A DNA stretch of 53,806 bases, filler included, from Dimargaris cristalligena (GCA_003614675.1; 4 parts of 4 records of this genome joined end to end with filler, not necessarily neighbours in it); one strand, 5' to 3'; positions 13,414-26,900 are shown, counted from the first letter of the whole stretch. Program-made: numbers and translations. Notes: generated by a model not told the origin, from the letters alone.

Positions 13414-13513
13414 NNNNNNNNNNNNNNNNNNNNNNNNNNNNNNNNNNNNNNNNNNNNTTAATTAATTAANNNNNNNNNNNNNNNNNNNNNNNNNNNNNNN
13501 NNNNNNNNNNNNN
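13414..13513. other. Artificial contig spacer
   Basis: 44 N + TTAATTAATTAA (stops in all six frames) + 44 N. Confidence 0.97.
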
Positions 13514-16500
13514 GCCGACATCACAGCCCGCCCGAAAAATGGGATCCTGGAGGGTACCGATTCCGAAAGCGAACCCGCTTTACCTCGGCTTCCCGTCCGG
13601 CGGCGGCTGGTGTCCTCCAAGGCCCAGCGGGCCGTCGAGGATGTCCACACCACTCTCCGCCGCCTCATGGATGAGAGCGAGTCGGTGACCAGCCCCTACG
13701 ACTCAGAGGTGAGTAATGACTCGTTCATTGTGTACGATGATGGCAGCCATAGGGGTTCTTCGCGACGGACTGGACTGAGGCCGACCGTATCCCCTCCCCC
13801 CACGTCGTCCCCGGGGCCATCCCACCCAGAGTCGAACACCTTAGAGGAGCCGCCCAATGGTTCCATTTCGAAGTCCAAGTTTCAGCCGGCAGCTGCCCCC
13901 CCGAAACGCAAAACCAAACTGTCCTCTTTGGCCCGCGCTCCCAAGCAGTCCCCGATCGTCACTAATACCACCACCCCCATCGCCCAAAATGCGCACCGGC
14001 TAGTTGATGCTGAAACGCTCTCTCCGTCGTTTGACTACGCCGTTTTAATGGAGAGTATGCTCGGCAATGTTCAACTGGTGGGTTCGCGGGACCCTTCCGG
14101 GCTGCACGGGTTTACGTCTGAAGGATACCAGAAGTTTTCCGTCTATCGTCCGGGTAAGTTTGATTGCGGTGTTTGCACCCCAACCCCTGCACCCGAAGGC
14201 ATACATTGCTTCCTAACCGTGTTTTGAATCCCTGGATCCACCGCCAAACTTTGGCCTAAGCTGAACTAATAATATGCACGACATTTTCTTAATTTTACCC
14301 CCCTGTATACTCGTATATTCCTGGCTGGCTATCGGCATTTTTATATCATCCCGTAGGCATGCCCGAGTTCTCCATCCTCAAATCCCCTTATCATGAAGCA
14401 CCGTTCGCCCAGCCCAGTCCGATCACCCTTATGAACCAGGGGTCATTATTTAATAAGCCCGTGCCCTTCGATAGTATCGAGTTCCACGATAGCTACATAA
14501 CATCGGCCCGAAATGAGCGCCCTCCGCTCAGCCCAGCGGGTGTGATCCCGGGATCAGCTTCCGTATGGGGGGGCCGTGAGCAACCTATCCAATCCCGCTA
14601 CGATCCCACCCCTTTTACCCGCCCGTTTTTGCAACCCGTAAGCTCGCTCACGCAGGATGACCACCCCACCTTTTATAAGCTCCAGGCACTTTCCCGGAGC
14701 AGCTCCTATCAATTATCCCCCGAGGAAGACCGGCGCTTCAAAGATCTATGCAAGCGGATCCAGAAAGAGCGACTATTCTACCACACTTTCCTGCAAAATT
14801 TGACCCTCCCCCGGATAGAATATATACCCCAAGCAGTCGAAACCATGCTGGATGCCCATCTCCGGGCCCAGCTGGAAAAAACCCGGCGGGAATATCCGGC
14901 CGGGTACTATGACTACCGAAAGGTACCTATCCCTGTGACCCAGACGGACCGAGCGGGAACCAACTTGCCGGTCCTGACGTATCGGGACACGGTCCTGTGG
15001 CGCGGGCGGCGCTGTAAGGTCCGGTTTCCCTTTCCGACCCGGTCACCCGACGCCCATTTGCTTTCGCATTACCCCTGGCTCGACACGAAACGGCCTGCGC
15101 AGTCGACACAGGTAACACCCCCAACCCCGACCGCTCCGGGCAACTCGTTGGATGATACTACCCCCGCTATGCGGGAAACCTCCGAGCCCCCGTCGGCCGA
15201 ATCAACGAATGGGGATGGTATATTCTGGCTTGGGGCGCCGTCCGGTACACCAACAGTCCCCTCCTCATCGTCATCGCCGGCTTCCCCTACCGTACCGATC
15301 TTGGGAAGCAATCGGCCTAGCGACGGTCCCCCGCTGGCCCCGACACCCGTGGTGTCCCTCCCCGCGGTGACCCAGGACCCCAACATCCACGAGATTGTAG
15401 CGCAGCATGCCCCCCATATTTCGATTGCCGCCGAAACCATGTGCCAGATTGCAGCACTCAAGGCCAATATGCGGCGGTACTTGGAGGTGCCCATCACGGT
15501 CGTCGAATGTCCTTCGCTTGCCCGGGCCCCGCGGGACAGTACGGACCATCGGGTCATCTTCGTGGATGAGCCCTGGGTGCCTCCTGGTCTGACGGCCCGG
15601 GAACGGTCCCAGATGTTCTACGAAGCGGCCGTCCGGTCCCGCCTTATGCTACCCCATGATGCAGTCCATCTGAACAAAAGTGCGGCCCCGGAGACCCCCG
15701 CCGGCGAACGAAAGGAAAACCCCGCCGACCTCATAGCGTCGCTGGATTCGTCGTGGCCGGCCGATACTTCAGCGAATCCCCCGACCTCTCAGCCAACTAG
15801 TAGTGCTACCGCCCCCCCTTCGCCCTCCCGGTTTATCCCAACGGTGTATACCCCCGAGGACATGGCGGCCGTGTATCAATATACCAATGTACAGTACAGT
15901 CTCTGGCAGTTTGGCACCCTCGACCTGTTGGTGCGGAACGAGTTCCACGGCCACATTGATAGAACTGATCCCTCACCCAATAAACTGCCCACGGCGTCGG
16001 TCGTCAATCCCAATGTCCCACCGAAGAAGGAACCGGCCAAACCCCCGGGCATGCAGATGGTATCTATCCAAACCAAAGTCGAATACCAGAGCGATTTGGG
16101 CAGCGAAATCAACACCCCGGAGGAACGGGCCCGGTGGTGGTTGGGTAACTATCTCCTGGGGGATGCCAAACTAATTCTTGCCCGAGTGGACGCGGGCCAA
16201 TCCATCATCCGAACGGTGGAACGGCTGGCCATGACGGATATTATCAACAACGGTCACTGGCCCGTCCCCTACTGCGAGTTTCTGCATTTCGTCCTGCAGA
16301 CCATCCGGAGCCTGCCCCCCGGGCGGTACATGATGCGACACAAACCCCATGCCAAGGGCCTCGATTTCCTGCAAATGCCGACCCAACAGGCGGAACTGCC
16401 GCCGATATTCCAGAACTACCAGCACAATGTCGCCCAGCGCTTAGCCACCCTGCCCCGCTATGAGACGGCGACCCAGCACGACTACGTGGAAATTGTCAAC

Positions 16501-16560
16501 CAGTGCCCAAAGAACAGTATTAACAATACTATACCCGAGAGTGGGTATACTATCCAGTAA
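13514..16560 (+). CDS. NARG2/ICE2-like protein (NARG2_C-type C-terminal domain), 5'-partial
   Basis: Frame is open from the contig edge; intron 14154-14356 is in phase. C-terminus NVQYSLWQFGTLDLLVR..TKVEYQSDLGSEINTPEERARWW..LILARVD..LPPGRYMMRH resembles the NARG2_C pattern. Confidence 0.68.
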
Positions 16561-17952
16561 AAAATTGAACACCCTCCCCCTCTACTACCCCCTCCTCAAC
16601 CCAACATTGTCCAATGGCTGGGTGGGAGGGGATGGTGGACTCGGGAATATGCTACCCATAGTTTAGGTGTCCAACCAACGGACCCTTGTTGTATCAAAAG
16701 ATCGTAAATAACCCCATTTATTAATATTAAGAGATGCCCGCCACATCTATACAAGTTAAAAGAGTGGCTACACCATATCATCTATAAATTTGCATTCATT
16801 TGAGCTGACCAAGGTAATTTTTTAACTCTATTTGCATCGTTCTGTGAAAGAAATGTGGATGTATGACTTCGGCCCGGTGTTGGCGTGGGTGGGGCGAGGG
16901 ACCAAACTTGTTTGGGAATAGCCGGGGCTGGGTAAATGGCTTCACCATCTTCCTACATGGACGGACATACACACTCATCCCAAATTGGGAATGTAACTCG
17001 ATTACATGTCATCAACTTGGACTTGCAATACACTGCTACTGACTCTCCGAGAGTGTGCGGGGGGCTTCACAAGAACAAAATACAGGTCAAAGACCTAATA
17101 ATAGATCATTTCACCGTCGACGAGATTGGTGGTTTATGGCGCCATAAATCCGGTTCTGATTCCATCGTTGTCAGTCTAGGATGCTCTTTTGATGGATTTT
17201 CATACACATACTACTAATACCTGCCGATCTCTATCGCTCTTCCTTCAGAATTACGCGGTCGGGCCATGGGTGACTAGATTGAAGATACTGCTCCGAAGTA
17301 CGTTTTCTGTTTAGGCGTTTTGGATTCGACTGCCAACTGCCGCAATCCCCAGGCAGGGTCCGGCAATTGCGAGGTATAGCCCGGTCATACAGCGGACACA
17401 TGATGGGACATTCCCTATCGATGTGGTAGCCACCAAGGCCTATTTCTCGGTTATAATTTAGCCCCAATATCAGGTATAGTGGCATGAAACAACTAATCGA
17501 TGTATATATTGGCGACATTCAACACTAACGTATAAGGTTTCAACTGATGCGTGTATGACCAGATAAACAGATTATTCGCTTTACCATCTGGTCGAACCTC
17601 TTCCCTATATAATATTGCCCTAGTGTGGTTGTATGTGCACTTTCGAGCAGAGTCACCCGAGGCTGCAGCATGGAGTCAGCCAGGTGGTTGGCCCAGTGGT
17701 TGCCACCTGCGACACTACAGGTTTGGGCCACGGGAAGCAGCATTAACGGATACAGTTATGGTGTTTCCTGCCCCCCTGCTCCCAGAAAACCTAGATAAAA
17801 ACCCCTATGCGGAAAAATCAAACCAGAAGCAAGGATATGCCCTGGCTAAATTTTTTAGCTTAGCCCCATATACTCTATAGTGGGCCAATTAGTTTAGAAG
17901 GCTGCCTATATGGAAATAAGTCAATAAATTTGGATGCCTAATTAGAAAGGGC

Positions 17953-18729
17953 TGTTACGTCAAAAGGGTGAGACTACGCAAGAGGATAAGGCGATTAAAT
18001 TAGTCAGCAGACCTCTCGGTCTTTCAGTTTAGAGTATTCCAAAAGTAGGGTGTGTGGATCCTTACGTAAGCCTCGGTGATAACCACTAAACTGGCCATCA
18101 GAAACACGCACCTTCTATTTACCCTTAGCACTGCCAATTCCTCCCACCCGCCGGTTTCAAAAGGAAAAGGGAAGAGGGGGTTGGTGACGCCCCCCTTCAA
18201 ACTGCTGGGCATACGAGAGAGACTGGCCCATGTCCATATATATATTTCATCTAGGCTGCGACGTTTACCCATATCCCCTGCACTCCGCCACGACTGCTAT
18301 AAAACCTATTCGGGTTATAGGGTTCTTCTCCGTCTTTTAGAATTTGTATACTTCCTTCTTCTCCTTATTTTCAATCTAGCTAGTTTTTGCATAACAAGCC
18401 AAGAGCTTCGGTATTCAGTTCCCTCGTTCGATTTTAGGACTACTTCATCTTGACTGGCGTTTCTCTGCTCCCACCGCCCTTTAGCTTTGTATCCCTCCGC
18501 TTTTGCTGCTCCGTATAATAGTCCGATAGCGTCGAACGTGCGTTGCACACTGCGAGCCTCCCACCTGTCTAATTCCGAATCCCTTACGTTGGTCGCCCAG
18601 TCAGCAAACTATTCCTTTCCCCTGCATCCCGAGTGCGTGGCCACCGAGCCGAGCAGAACTGACGAGTACTTTGAGCATCCCACACACTGAGTTACCTGAT
18701 ACCCCGAATCGAATCCCGGTATCGTTACA
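17953..18729 (+). mobile_element. Possible solo LTR (~777 bp)
   Basis: Bounded by TGTTACG...CGTTACA (6/7 inverted repeat, TG..CA), internal TATAAAA, GATACC/GGTATC hairpin near the 3' end, no convincing ORF. No target-site duplication found. Confidence 0.35.
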
Positions 18730-19431
18730 GAAGAAAAAAAACCCCGACCAGCCGGTTTATTCTTCAGTCAGATATACATACATACCTTAACCACTCTCCC
18801 TTTTAAAGCCTAACCGGAACTCCCTAAATTTGGGGAAGAACACTGCAGACAAGCCCCCCCCCCCCAATCTCGCCTTATTTTTAGCCAAATTTCCGGGCGC
18901 TTCAACCGCCCTCCCCTATTCCCGGCCCCTGTGGTATTTCCTGCCTTCTCAATTAGACAAGACAACCCCCTCACTCTCAGCTGGGCGGCAAAACCCTCCC
19001 TATAATTACCCTCTTGCACGTGTCATCTGAGCAGGTCACCCAGACCGACTGCTCCACTCCCCGACCGCTCATTGCGAGCCCCTTAATTATCATCTGAGCC
19101 CCTTGGCATTGGTAGCAGAGCCATAAATTCACCCCGAAGTAGAGGTGAATGTAAAGACAAACTTTCACCTAAATTGGGTAATTTCGCACTCCCCGTAAGA
19201 ACACTCCGATTTCACAGTGTGGGTAAACCAGTGTGTAAAGTGCCACTCGAATAATTCCTAGCGCCCTTCCCCCTCTATACCCCATACCCTCCCTCCTTTC
19301 CCCCCTGGACGTCTCCCGCACAGCATCGCTGGCTAGCCCTCCTCCCCGATTGCCCCATTTCCGATATCTCCCCGGCCATTCGATTAGAGACGAGCGACTT
19401 TGTGGCGGTAGCCTTTTAATCTGAGCCTGCA

Positions 19432-21744
19432 ATGACCCAGCATTCTGATCTCACCATGTCTGGCATGGATGACTACATGGGTGCAGACCGGGAGGTTGGT
19501 CCCAACTGCACCTGCCCTGGGACCGACACCTGTGTCCCTATTCCTTCATGGGCCGATTCGCCTCCTCCCCCGTATAAAGAGAGCCGGAAGGCAGGCCAGT
19601 TTGGATACTTCGCATATCTTCCTTCCGTCTATCTAGACACCAAGACTTCTCGTCGCAATCGCTGGAAATCCATTATGAAGACCGTCGGGTTAGTTGGTGT
19701 GTCCATTTCCTTTCTCGCATATTTATCGTACGGTTGGTCATTGCCCACCGGCGAATCGAATAAGCCAAATGGTAAGTACGCAAGGGACCTGAAATATATA
19801 TTTTTTATAATCGCCCCTGAATATAGACCATGCCTTTTCCCCTGCCCCATCGTATATGTCGATATATACCGTACAGCGGAGTAGGTGGGAACCCCTTTGT
19901 GTCAGGTTATTCGGCACATCCAGCCACCACGCCATGTCTACCCAAAAGGGACACTGCCGTTTTTATCCGCGCTAGTGATAGCACGGCTACCCACTTATCC
20001 ACTCTCTCATACTGACATATCCTATACTTATTTCTGTTTCGATCTGTAACCATGATATGGAACCACAGATGAGTCACCCTACCACTCCACATCCATTTAC
20101 GGCAATCAGGGCATGGTTTCGGCGGAACACCCCACCTGCTCGGCCATCGGCGCCGACATCCTCCGGGCCAACGGGTCGGCCGTGGACGCCACCATCGCCT
20201 CGGCCCTATGTATCGGCGTGGTGCACAATTTTTCGTCAGGCATAGGGGGAGGTGGCTTCGTTTTGGTGCGCAACTCCACGGACCAAGCTTCCCTAATCGA
20301 TTTCCGGGAGGAAGCGCCCGCCGCCGCCACCACGGACATGTACAAGGACGACATCGCATTAGCCCAAGTCGGGGGTCTGGCCGTGGCCATCCCTGGGGAA
20401 ATTCGGGGGTTTGAGGCCGCCCACCGGCAATACGGCCGCCTGCCGTGGTCGGAACTCTTCGCCCCGGCCGTTCGTTTGGCCCGGGACGGGTTTGTGGTGG
20501 ACGAAATCTTGGGTCTAATCCTGGAACTAAAGAAGGACCGGATCCTCAACGACCCGGGGTTCCGGGAGTCCTATACGGTACTCGAGCGATCCATCACTAC
20601 CGTCCACCACCCGGGGGATGGCAACGGCGACGACGACCCTCCGGCGATTCGGGTGGCCCGGAAGGGTGATACCATCTTCCGTAAACGTTTGGCGGATACC
20701 CTCGAGGCGGTGGCCACCCACGGGGCCGATATCTTCTACAAGGGCCCGCTGGCTGAGTCGATGGCCCGGGCGGCCCAGGCCGCCGGCGGTATTATAACCG
20801 CGGCCGATTTCGCCCAATACGAGGCGCAAACGCGGGAGGTGCTACGCTCGACCTACCACGGCCATACGGTCGTCACGTCGCCCCCACCGACCAGCGGTTC
20901 GATCCTGATTCTATTGCTGAACATCTTGGAGGGCCTGCCGTTCAGTGAAGAGGGCAATACGCCCCTGAACTACCACCGGCTGATCGAGGCCTTCAAGTAC
21001 GCCTACGCCCAACGCACCGTCCTGGGTGACCCCGCGTTCGTGGCGCTCACCAACCACACCGCCAAAATGCTGAACTCGTCCTATGCCGAGCAACTCCGCC
21101 GCAATATTTCCGATGCGCAGACGTTCCCACCCATGCATTATAACCCAACTTATGACGTCCAAGAACCCCACGGAACGACCCACATTTCGGTGGTGGACAA
21201 GTACGGCCAGGCGGCGTCCATGACCACCACCGTTAACTTAGTCTTCGGATCCGAGGTCATGGACCCTTACTCCGGGGTCATTCTCAATAACGAAATGGAC
21301 GACTTTTCGACCCAGAACAAATCCAACGCTTTCGGCTACTTCCCGTCCCCCAATAACAAGATCCTGCCCGGTAAACGGCCCCTGTCGAGTTCCGTGCCCG
21401 TGATTTTGGAGAAGGACGGCAAAGTCACGTTTGTGGCTGGCGCGAGTGGCGGGAGTCGGATCATCAGTGCGGTGGTTCAAGTCATGATCAACGCGTTGCA
21501 GTTCGATATGCCTCTGGCCAAGGCCGTGGACCATAGTCGCCTCCACCACCAACTGATGCCCAACGAGATTCGCGTGGAACAGGGCAACGACCCGGAATTG
21601 GTGAAGTACCTGGAAAACAAAGGGCATCAGACCGTTCCGTATAGAATGTTCGAATCCAGTGTCCAGGCCATCTATGCTTTTCCAAACGGGACATTGCTGG
21701 GAGTATCCGATAATCGCAAGCGTGGCCTCGCCGAGGCTGAGTAG
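19432..21744 (+). CDS. GGT: Gamma-glutamyltranspeptidase (type II membrane anchor), 2 exons
   Basis: Intron 19772-20068 is in phase. GSAVDA..SSGIGGGGF, IDFREEAP, HGTTHISVVD (catalytic Thr), LNNEMDDF, PGKRPLSS and GASGGSRI motifs. Confidence 0.96.
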
Positions 21745-22130
21745 CTTGTCTGTTGCTCGGCTGCAGTATTGATGACGGCTGTTTTATTTTATAGATGCTA
21801 AGAATGCAATGGACACTCTTCTGTATGTACGAATTACTAAATATTTAGACATTTCCTATCAGCCAATCCAGTATTCGTTGTTACCTCATTATTATTACGC
21901 GGAGTCTCTTTTGGTAGTCTAGATACATAAACCTGCGTAACATTATCATATCTTTAACGAAAATGGGATACTTTAAGCAATGTACTCGGTGTTTAATTGA
22001 GATCGATGCCAGACTGCAAAGTAGTTTAGCCCGATTATTATTATATATATTTATTTTTTTTTAAAAAAAAAGCTTCCAATCACAAGCCATAAACACACCA
22101 GGTGCAACTTTTCCCTTCCCTGTTGTCATC

Positions 22131-22492
22131 TCAAGGGTTTTCGCCAAACTTGCGCTTGACTCCAGTTGAAGCTACTGACGAATTCCCGGCCCGTTCGGAT
22201 CTTACCGCGGCCCAGCACTCAGCACAGTACCAAGGGTCATAGGTCAAGTCCTTTTCGGAGATGCTCGGGACTTGACAGGTCTGATGCACGCCTTCATCAC
22301 ACTGATCGCAGAGCACGATTTGGTTTTCCGGAACTTCGTCCCCACTCATACATATTTTACAGGCGATGAAGTCGAGCATATCGTCGGCAGTCGCAAAATT
22401 CTCGGGGTCGTTCAGGTCATAGTCGCCGTAATCGATGTTGTGGTCTCTGGATGTATCCAGAGATTGGGTCACTGACTGTACATCAGTCGCTC
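22131..22492 (-). CDS. PHD-finger exon (Phf1/Phf2 or INTS12-like spacing); 5' end unresolved
   Basis: C4HC3 pattern CKIC..NQIVLCDQC..GVHQTC..P..WYCAEC, followed by a KRK NLS-like tail. Confidence 0.8.
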
Positions 22493-22912
22493 TAATAAAA
22501 TTATTTGAGTAGTAGGGATATATGTCATAGTTTGTTAGGGTAAGTAGAAGGGGGCGGGTAATTACATCTTCGATGGTAGGGGCGGTATAGTAGGTTGGTG
22601 ATGGTTCTTTAAAGGAAAAAAAATACTTACCGATCTAAATAGTTGGTACAAGCGGAAACGGGGTGGGTATTAGAGTATATCGTCGATGGTTGGACCGAAA
22701 AATACAATACAGGATACCAAATTACCCATAAGGGTTATTAGTCAAGTGTAATGAGGGGGTGCTCTATGGGTATTCGCCAACAACAAGTACGCCCCAATGA
22801 CTTGAAGAAACCCGCCCGTCTCTTTTACATTAACGATAAATTTATATGGTTAAAAATAATTGCTAAATTGTGAACCAAGGTTATATCCTACCTGAAACTA
22901 CGGGATCACGAC

Positions 22913-25035
22913 TTAGTCGGTAGAAAAGCCAAGCGATTCTAGAGTCGGGTCCGACTAGGGGTTGGGGTAATGAGGACTATAATATAACCGGGTATACAGT
23001 TAAGGATATACAGGGTTATAATTAATTGGGGATGTAGAGTTATTAGGCAATAGTGCTGGGCGGAATCCATACCTTTCACCAAAGCTAGCACGGGTTGAAT
23101 AACAGGGTTAACTCCAAGTAGCTGGTGGGATGGAAATACTTTAACTTACCATTTTTGTAGGACGGTTGCCCTCCCAATGCTTCCATTTGGAAGGTTCGAC
23201 CAAATCGCGGTCATAGAGTGTAAAGTAAGGCGAGTCGGCGCTATCACTCTGAACAATGATGCTCTGGAGCGTGTACTTTCCCCTGGCTGTCTCGTCCACA
23301 GGGTAGGTTCCGGGTATAGTTTACAAAATAGGGGGATGGGATTAGGGCCGGTTTTATTTTGTTTTCACCCGGAGGAATTCACTCGGGTATATCCAGTGCC
23401 AAACACCCGAGATAACAATAAAAAAACAATATATAAATGGGCGGCGTGTTCATATAACCGCTGTGGTATTTCAAAAATCCATTATAACCACAAAGCCCCT
23501 TTTAAAACGAATGGTGTACTTACTTGATATTGGTGCCGGTCCTATCTGGTTCCACTGCTTGCGAAGGAAATCGGCGGTGGACTGACAAGCGGCGTTTGAC
23601 ATGGGTATCCGGGACGCATTATCCAGAAGCCACTGGGAAGTTCCCTGGAGGCACTGGCTTATGTGACTGAAGTTAGGCTTAAGCGAGGTATATTTAGGGA
23701 GAATATAAAATGGATATTTCAAATGTCAATTAGATTGGAATAGCCATTATGTATAGCATATATCATAGCTGCGAAAAGTCGGCCAACTGGGAGTGGCTAC
23801 TCTAACAGTAGAATGTCTGGGAGGGGAATGATGCACTTGTTAAAGTTGATCATGGTAGCGATTCCCCAATAGACTTACCTGCGAGCCAGAAGTCGGCTGG
23901 GAGGTTGTGGGGGCGGTAGGGCTGTATATTGACAGCTCAACTTCTAGGTGCTCGGGAGGGGAAACAATATCCTCGTCCTAAGGTAAATATATATATATTT
24001 ATATATCGATGTATATGGCATGGCGATAGGGCGAAGGGTTAGCTATTAATAATCATGAATCTGGTCAGTTGATGTCGCCAACACTTGGGGACGTGGGAGA
24101 GAGAGGGAGAGGGGGGTTAATCTAAGGGATTAATTATTAGCTACTTACCGCTAAAAAGCGCAGGTACTGGGGAAGCCGGGGAGATGCTTCGGTGCTGGGA
24201 GTTTTGGTGGTTTCCGGGGAAGGCGGTGACTGTTTCTGTAACTGATTAGCTCCCGATTCAGCCGGAAGCGTTAGAGCAAGACAGGGCTCCAGGCCGGAAT
24301 GCAGACTTGATAGAGCAATGAACCGCCGGGCGAAATCCGACGCTGCAAGTGGGGGGGCTTGGGGGGTTTCTTGGGGACCGGGAGGCGGGGTAAATATATC
24401 GAACCAGCCGGCTAGCACGGGCGGGGATATTCCCAAGTGGACCAGGATTCGATCGAGGGCCCACGGTAACCGGGTGGAGTCGGGCAGATATCCCTGCGAA
24501 ACCACTGCACTTGCCAATATAGCTTGGTTGAACGCAGCCGAAGGACAACGGGCCGTGGGTGTAGGGGTCGAGGTCGATGGGACCAGGTCCCCCGTCGCGT
24601 CGAGTAGGTCTGTCCAGGCCACGTGAACCGCGGCCAGTAAGCTGGGCTTGGGCTGGGTTGTTGTTGCCGTCGCGTCGGCCGGGGTGGTAGAGGAGGTTGG
24701 AAGTAAATGAGATAGGACGGTTTGGGTGGTGCCCGAATGGTCGTCGCCATTCGCGAGTAGGAGGGTGAAGCAGAGTGCGGTAAGCACCACCTCCACACCA
24801 GGAGGGATGGTCGTCATTTGGGAGGGTTTATTTGAGGTACTGAGCATACAGGGGGGCCACAGTGCACATGGGGTTCGGGATGGGTCAGATAGGGCCAAAT
24901 TACGGCGGTTCAGCGGAAGGGAAAAGTCAAAGGGAATTGAATGGCTATGGTCGAAGACCTCAAGGCCAATAATGGACGCGCAGAGGAGGGGTTGCCATAG
25001 TTTCCCAGTAGTCGTGGCATACGAATAAAATATAC
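22913..25035 (-). CDS. Hypothetical multi-exon protein (start not located)
   Basis: Long open exon ending at 24149, then in-phase exons 23977-23879, ~23654-23524 and 23285-23150, and a probable last exon 22954-22913 (SDPTLESLGFSTD*). No family recognised. Confidence 0.5.
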
Positions 25036-26036
25036 TACTTGGTTATATGCATGCAGGTGGTTTTCCGGGCAGAGGAGGAGGGGGGGCATCCCACTAGATA
25101 GGCGAATCAAGTCAAATTAGGAGGGACACCCCAGGTTCCTGGGATACGAAAAGGGTTCGCGTTTGGGTAGATTGGAAGTTCCCATAAATTGACGCCTACA
25201 GGGCAATAAAAGGCTATGTTAGTAACTATTGATTACATATATTGTCAGGGCCTGGCCCAGGGTACCAAAGCAGCACAACTCTATTAGAGTCCTCCAGTAC
25301 AACTAGGATAATGGCCCCGGCCAATATGCCTGATAACCGGTGTGTTTTACAGCCGCCTTTAGCCCGACCAGGGCCCTGTTAAACATTACTCCTTCCCCTT
25401 TTCAGTATCACGGCTTATTAGCGCATATATCCTTCCTTGGGGTTCGATGGAATTCCTGCTGGCCCTCCTAAATGCCTTGGATGTGAGTTATTAGTTATAT
25501 AAATAGTGCACCTTGATTCCCTTGTTTACTAGCATTCACAAGGCGGTCATTAATATCCATGCTATGGGTTCCTTTTAAATAAATACACTCATACAATTCG
25601 CTATTCTAACACTCCCATTAGGGCATATGTGTGGATTAGCGGGGGAAACTAATTTCACGCCCACGGCCCAGTGAAAAAAAATCCCACCAATGATATTGGT
25701 ACATATTATCAAATCCAAATAGGCGGCCCTCCTCCCCTATACATATACCCAAGCTTTCATTAAAAAGCTGGAAAAAAAAAGAGGAGGTGAAGGGGTTTTG
25801 AAAGCGCCTTTATGCTGTAGGTTATGTCCTCAACTTTATCACTGCTATTGTTCCAGTGGCAGCTTTCTCGCCTCTTGGTTTTTTGCGATCGACTAGTCCA
25901 GCAGTTCTGGCCTCTATATTCTCTGCCCTTTTCGCTCGGTTTCCCAGCATCGGTTCTCTCGCTATTCATATCGCACTGCTACTTCGGAATCCCCGGCCAC
26001 TACCGCATTCGCCGATTTTCGTTTCAAATAGTTACC

Positions 26037-26845
26037 ATGGTGAAAAAAACCCTCGAGAACTTCCACCACCGGGCCACCCTAAAACAAAAGAACAAGCCGT
26101 TCAAGAGTCGCCAGGCCAGCAAGGGCACCCTACGCGATCGCTCGAAAGGTAAACCGTGCTATTCCTATTTAGGCGGGAGATACTTCTACCCCGCCGAATG
26201 GGTAACACCCCCCCCCCCCTTCTCGGGGTATCTCGGTTGAATCATTAACCCCTTCCCCTTTTGATTACACCGAGGAATTATGCACTTTACACCTTCGACC
26301 AACTCAGTTGATAATTTCCGTTTATGTATGTTTTTTACGGGAACTTCCTAAATCATCGCAGGCAAGATCCAGCGCCAATCCGTAAAGGGCAAAACCATCA
26401 AAGTGTCCCGCAAAATCGATCGCCAGAACGCCGCCCGAGCGTTCCAGCAGCGGAAACGGGATGCCCTGGCCGAAACCAAGCGGCTCTTTACGGGCCGGAG
26501 TCGGTCCACCAAGGTAGTTGCTATTATCCCCCTCTGCCCTGACGTTTCCTCCCTGTCCGTGGCCCAGCAGATGTTTGCCGCCGTGGATGCCCCTTATCCC
26601 GGTATGGACCAGGCCACCGCCAAAGACTCCTCCTCTGCGCCAGGAGCATCAGTCACCCTGGAAGTGGAGCGTTTCCACCAGACCCTTCAGATCCTGCAGC
26701 TGCCCCGGCATTTTTGGCAGATCCTGGATGCCACCAAGGTCGCCGATTATGTTATCTTTGCCCTCTCGGCTGAGGTAGAGGTGGACGCCTTTGGCGAAGC
26801 TTGTCTGACCGCTATCCAGGCCCAGGGCTGTAGTACCACCCTGGC
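26037..26845 (+). CDS. TSR1: Ribosome biogenesis factor TSR1, 3'-truncated at contig end
   Basis: HHRATLKQKNKPFKSRQASKG..KGKI, SRKIDRQNAARAFQQRKR, KVVAIIPLCPD and LDATKVADYVIFALSAEVEVDAFGE motifs; intron 26149-26361. Confidence 0.9.
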
Positions 26846-26900
26846 CACCTTAGAGGAGCCGCCCAATGGTTCCATTTCGAAGTCCAAGTTTCAGCCGGCA
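26846..26900 (+). repeat. Exact 55-bp direct copy of 13837-13891 at the contig end
   Basis: CACCTTAGAGGAGCC...TTTCAGCCGGCA is identical at both places. Confidence 0.97.

Noticed and set aside
13458-13469. TTAATTAATTAA palindrome recurring three times
   Set aside because: Always centred in identical N runs, so it is an artificial linker.
16600-17900. Possible decayed coding or transposon sequence
   Set aside because: The frames I translated are broken by stops and showed no RT, integrase or transposase motif.
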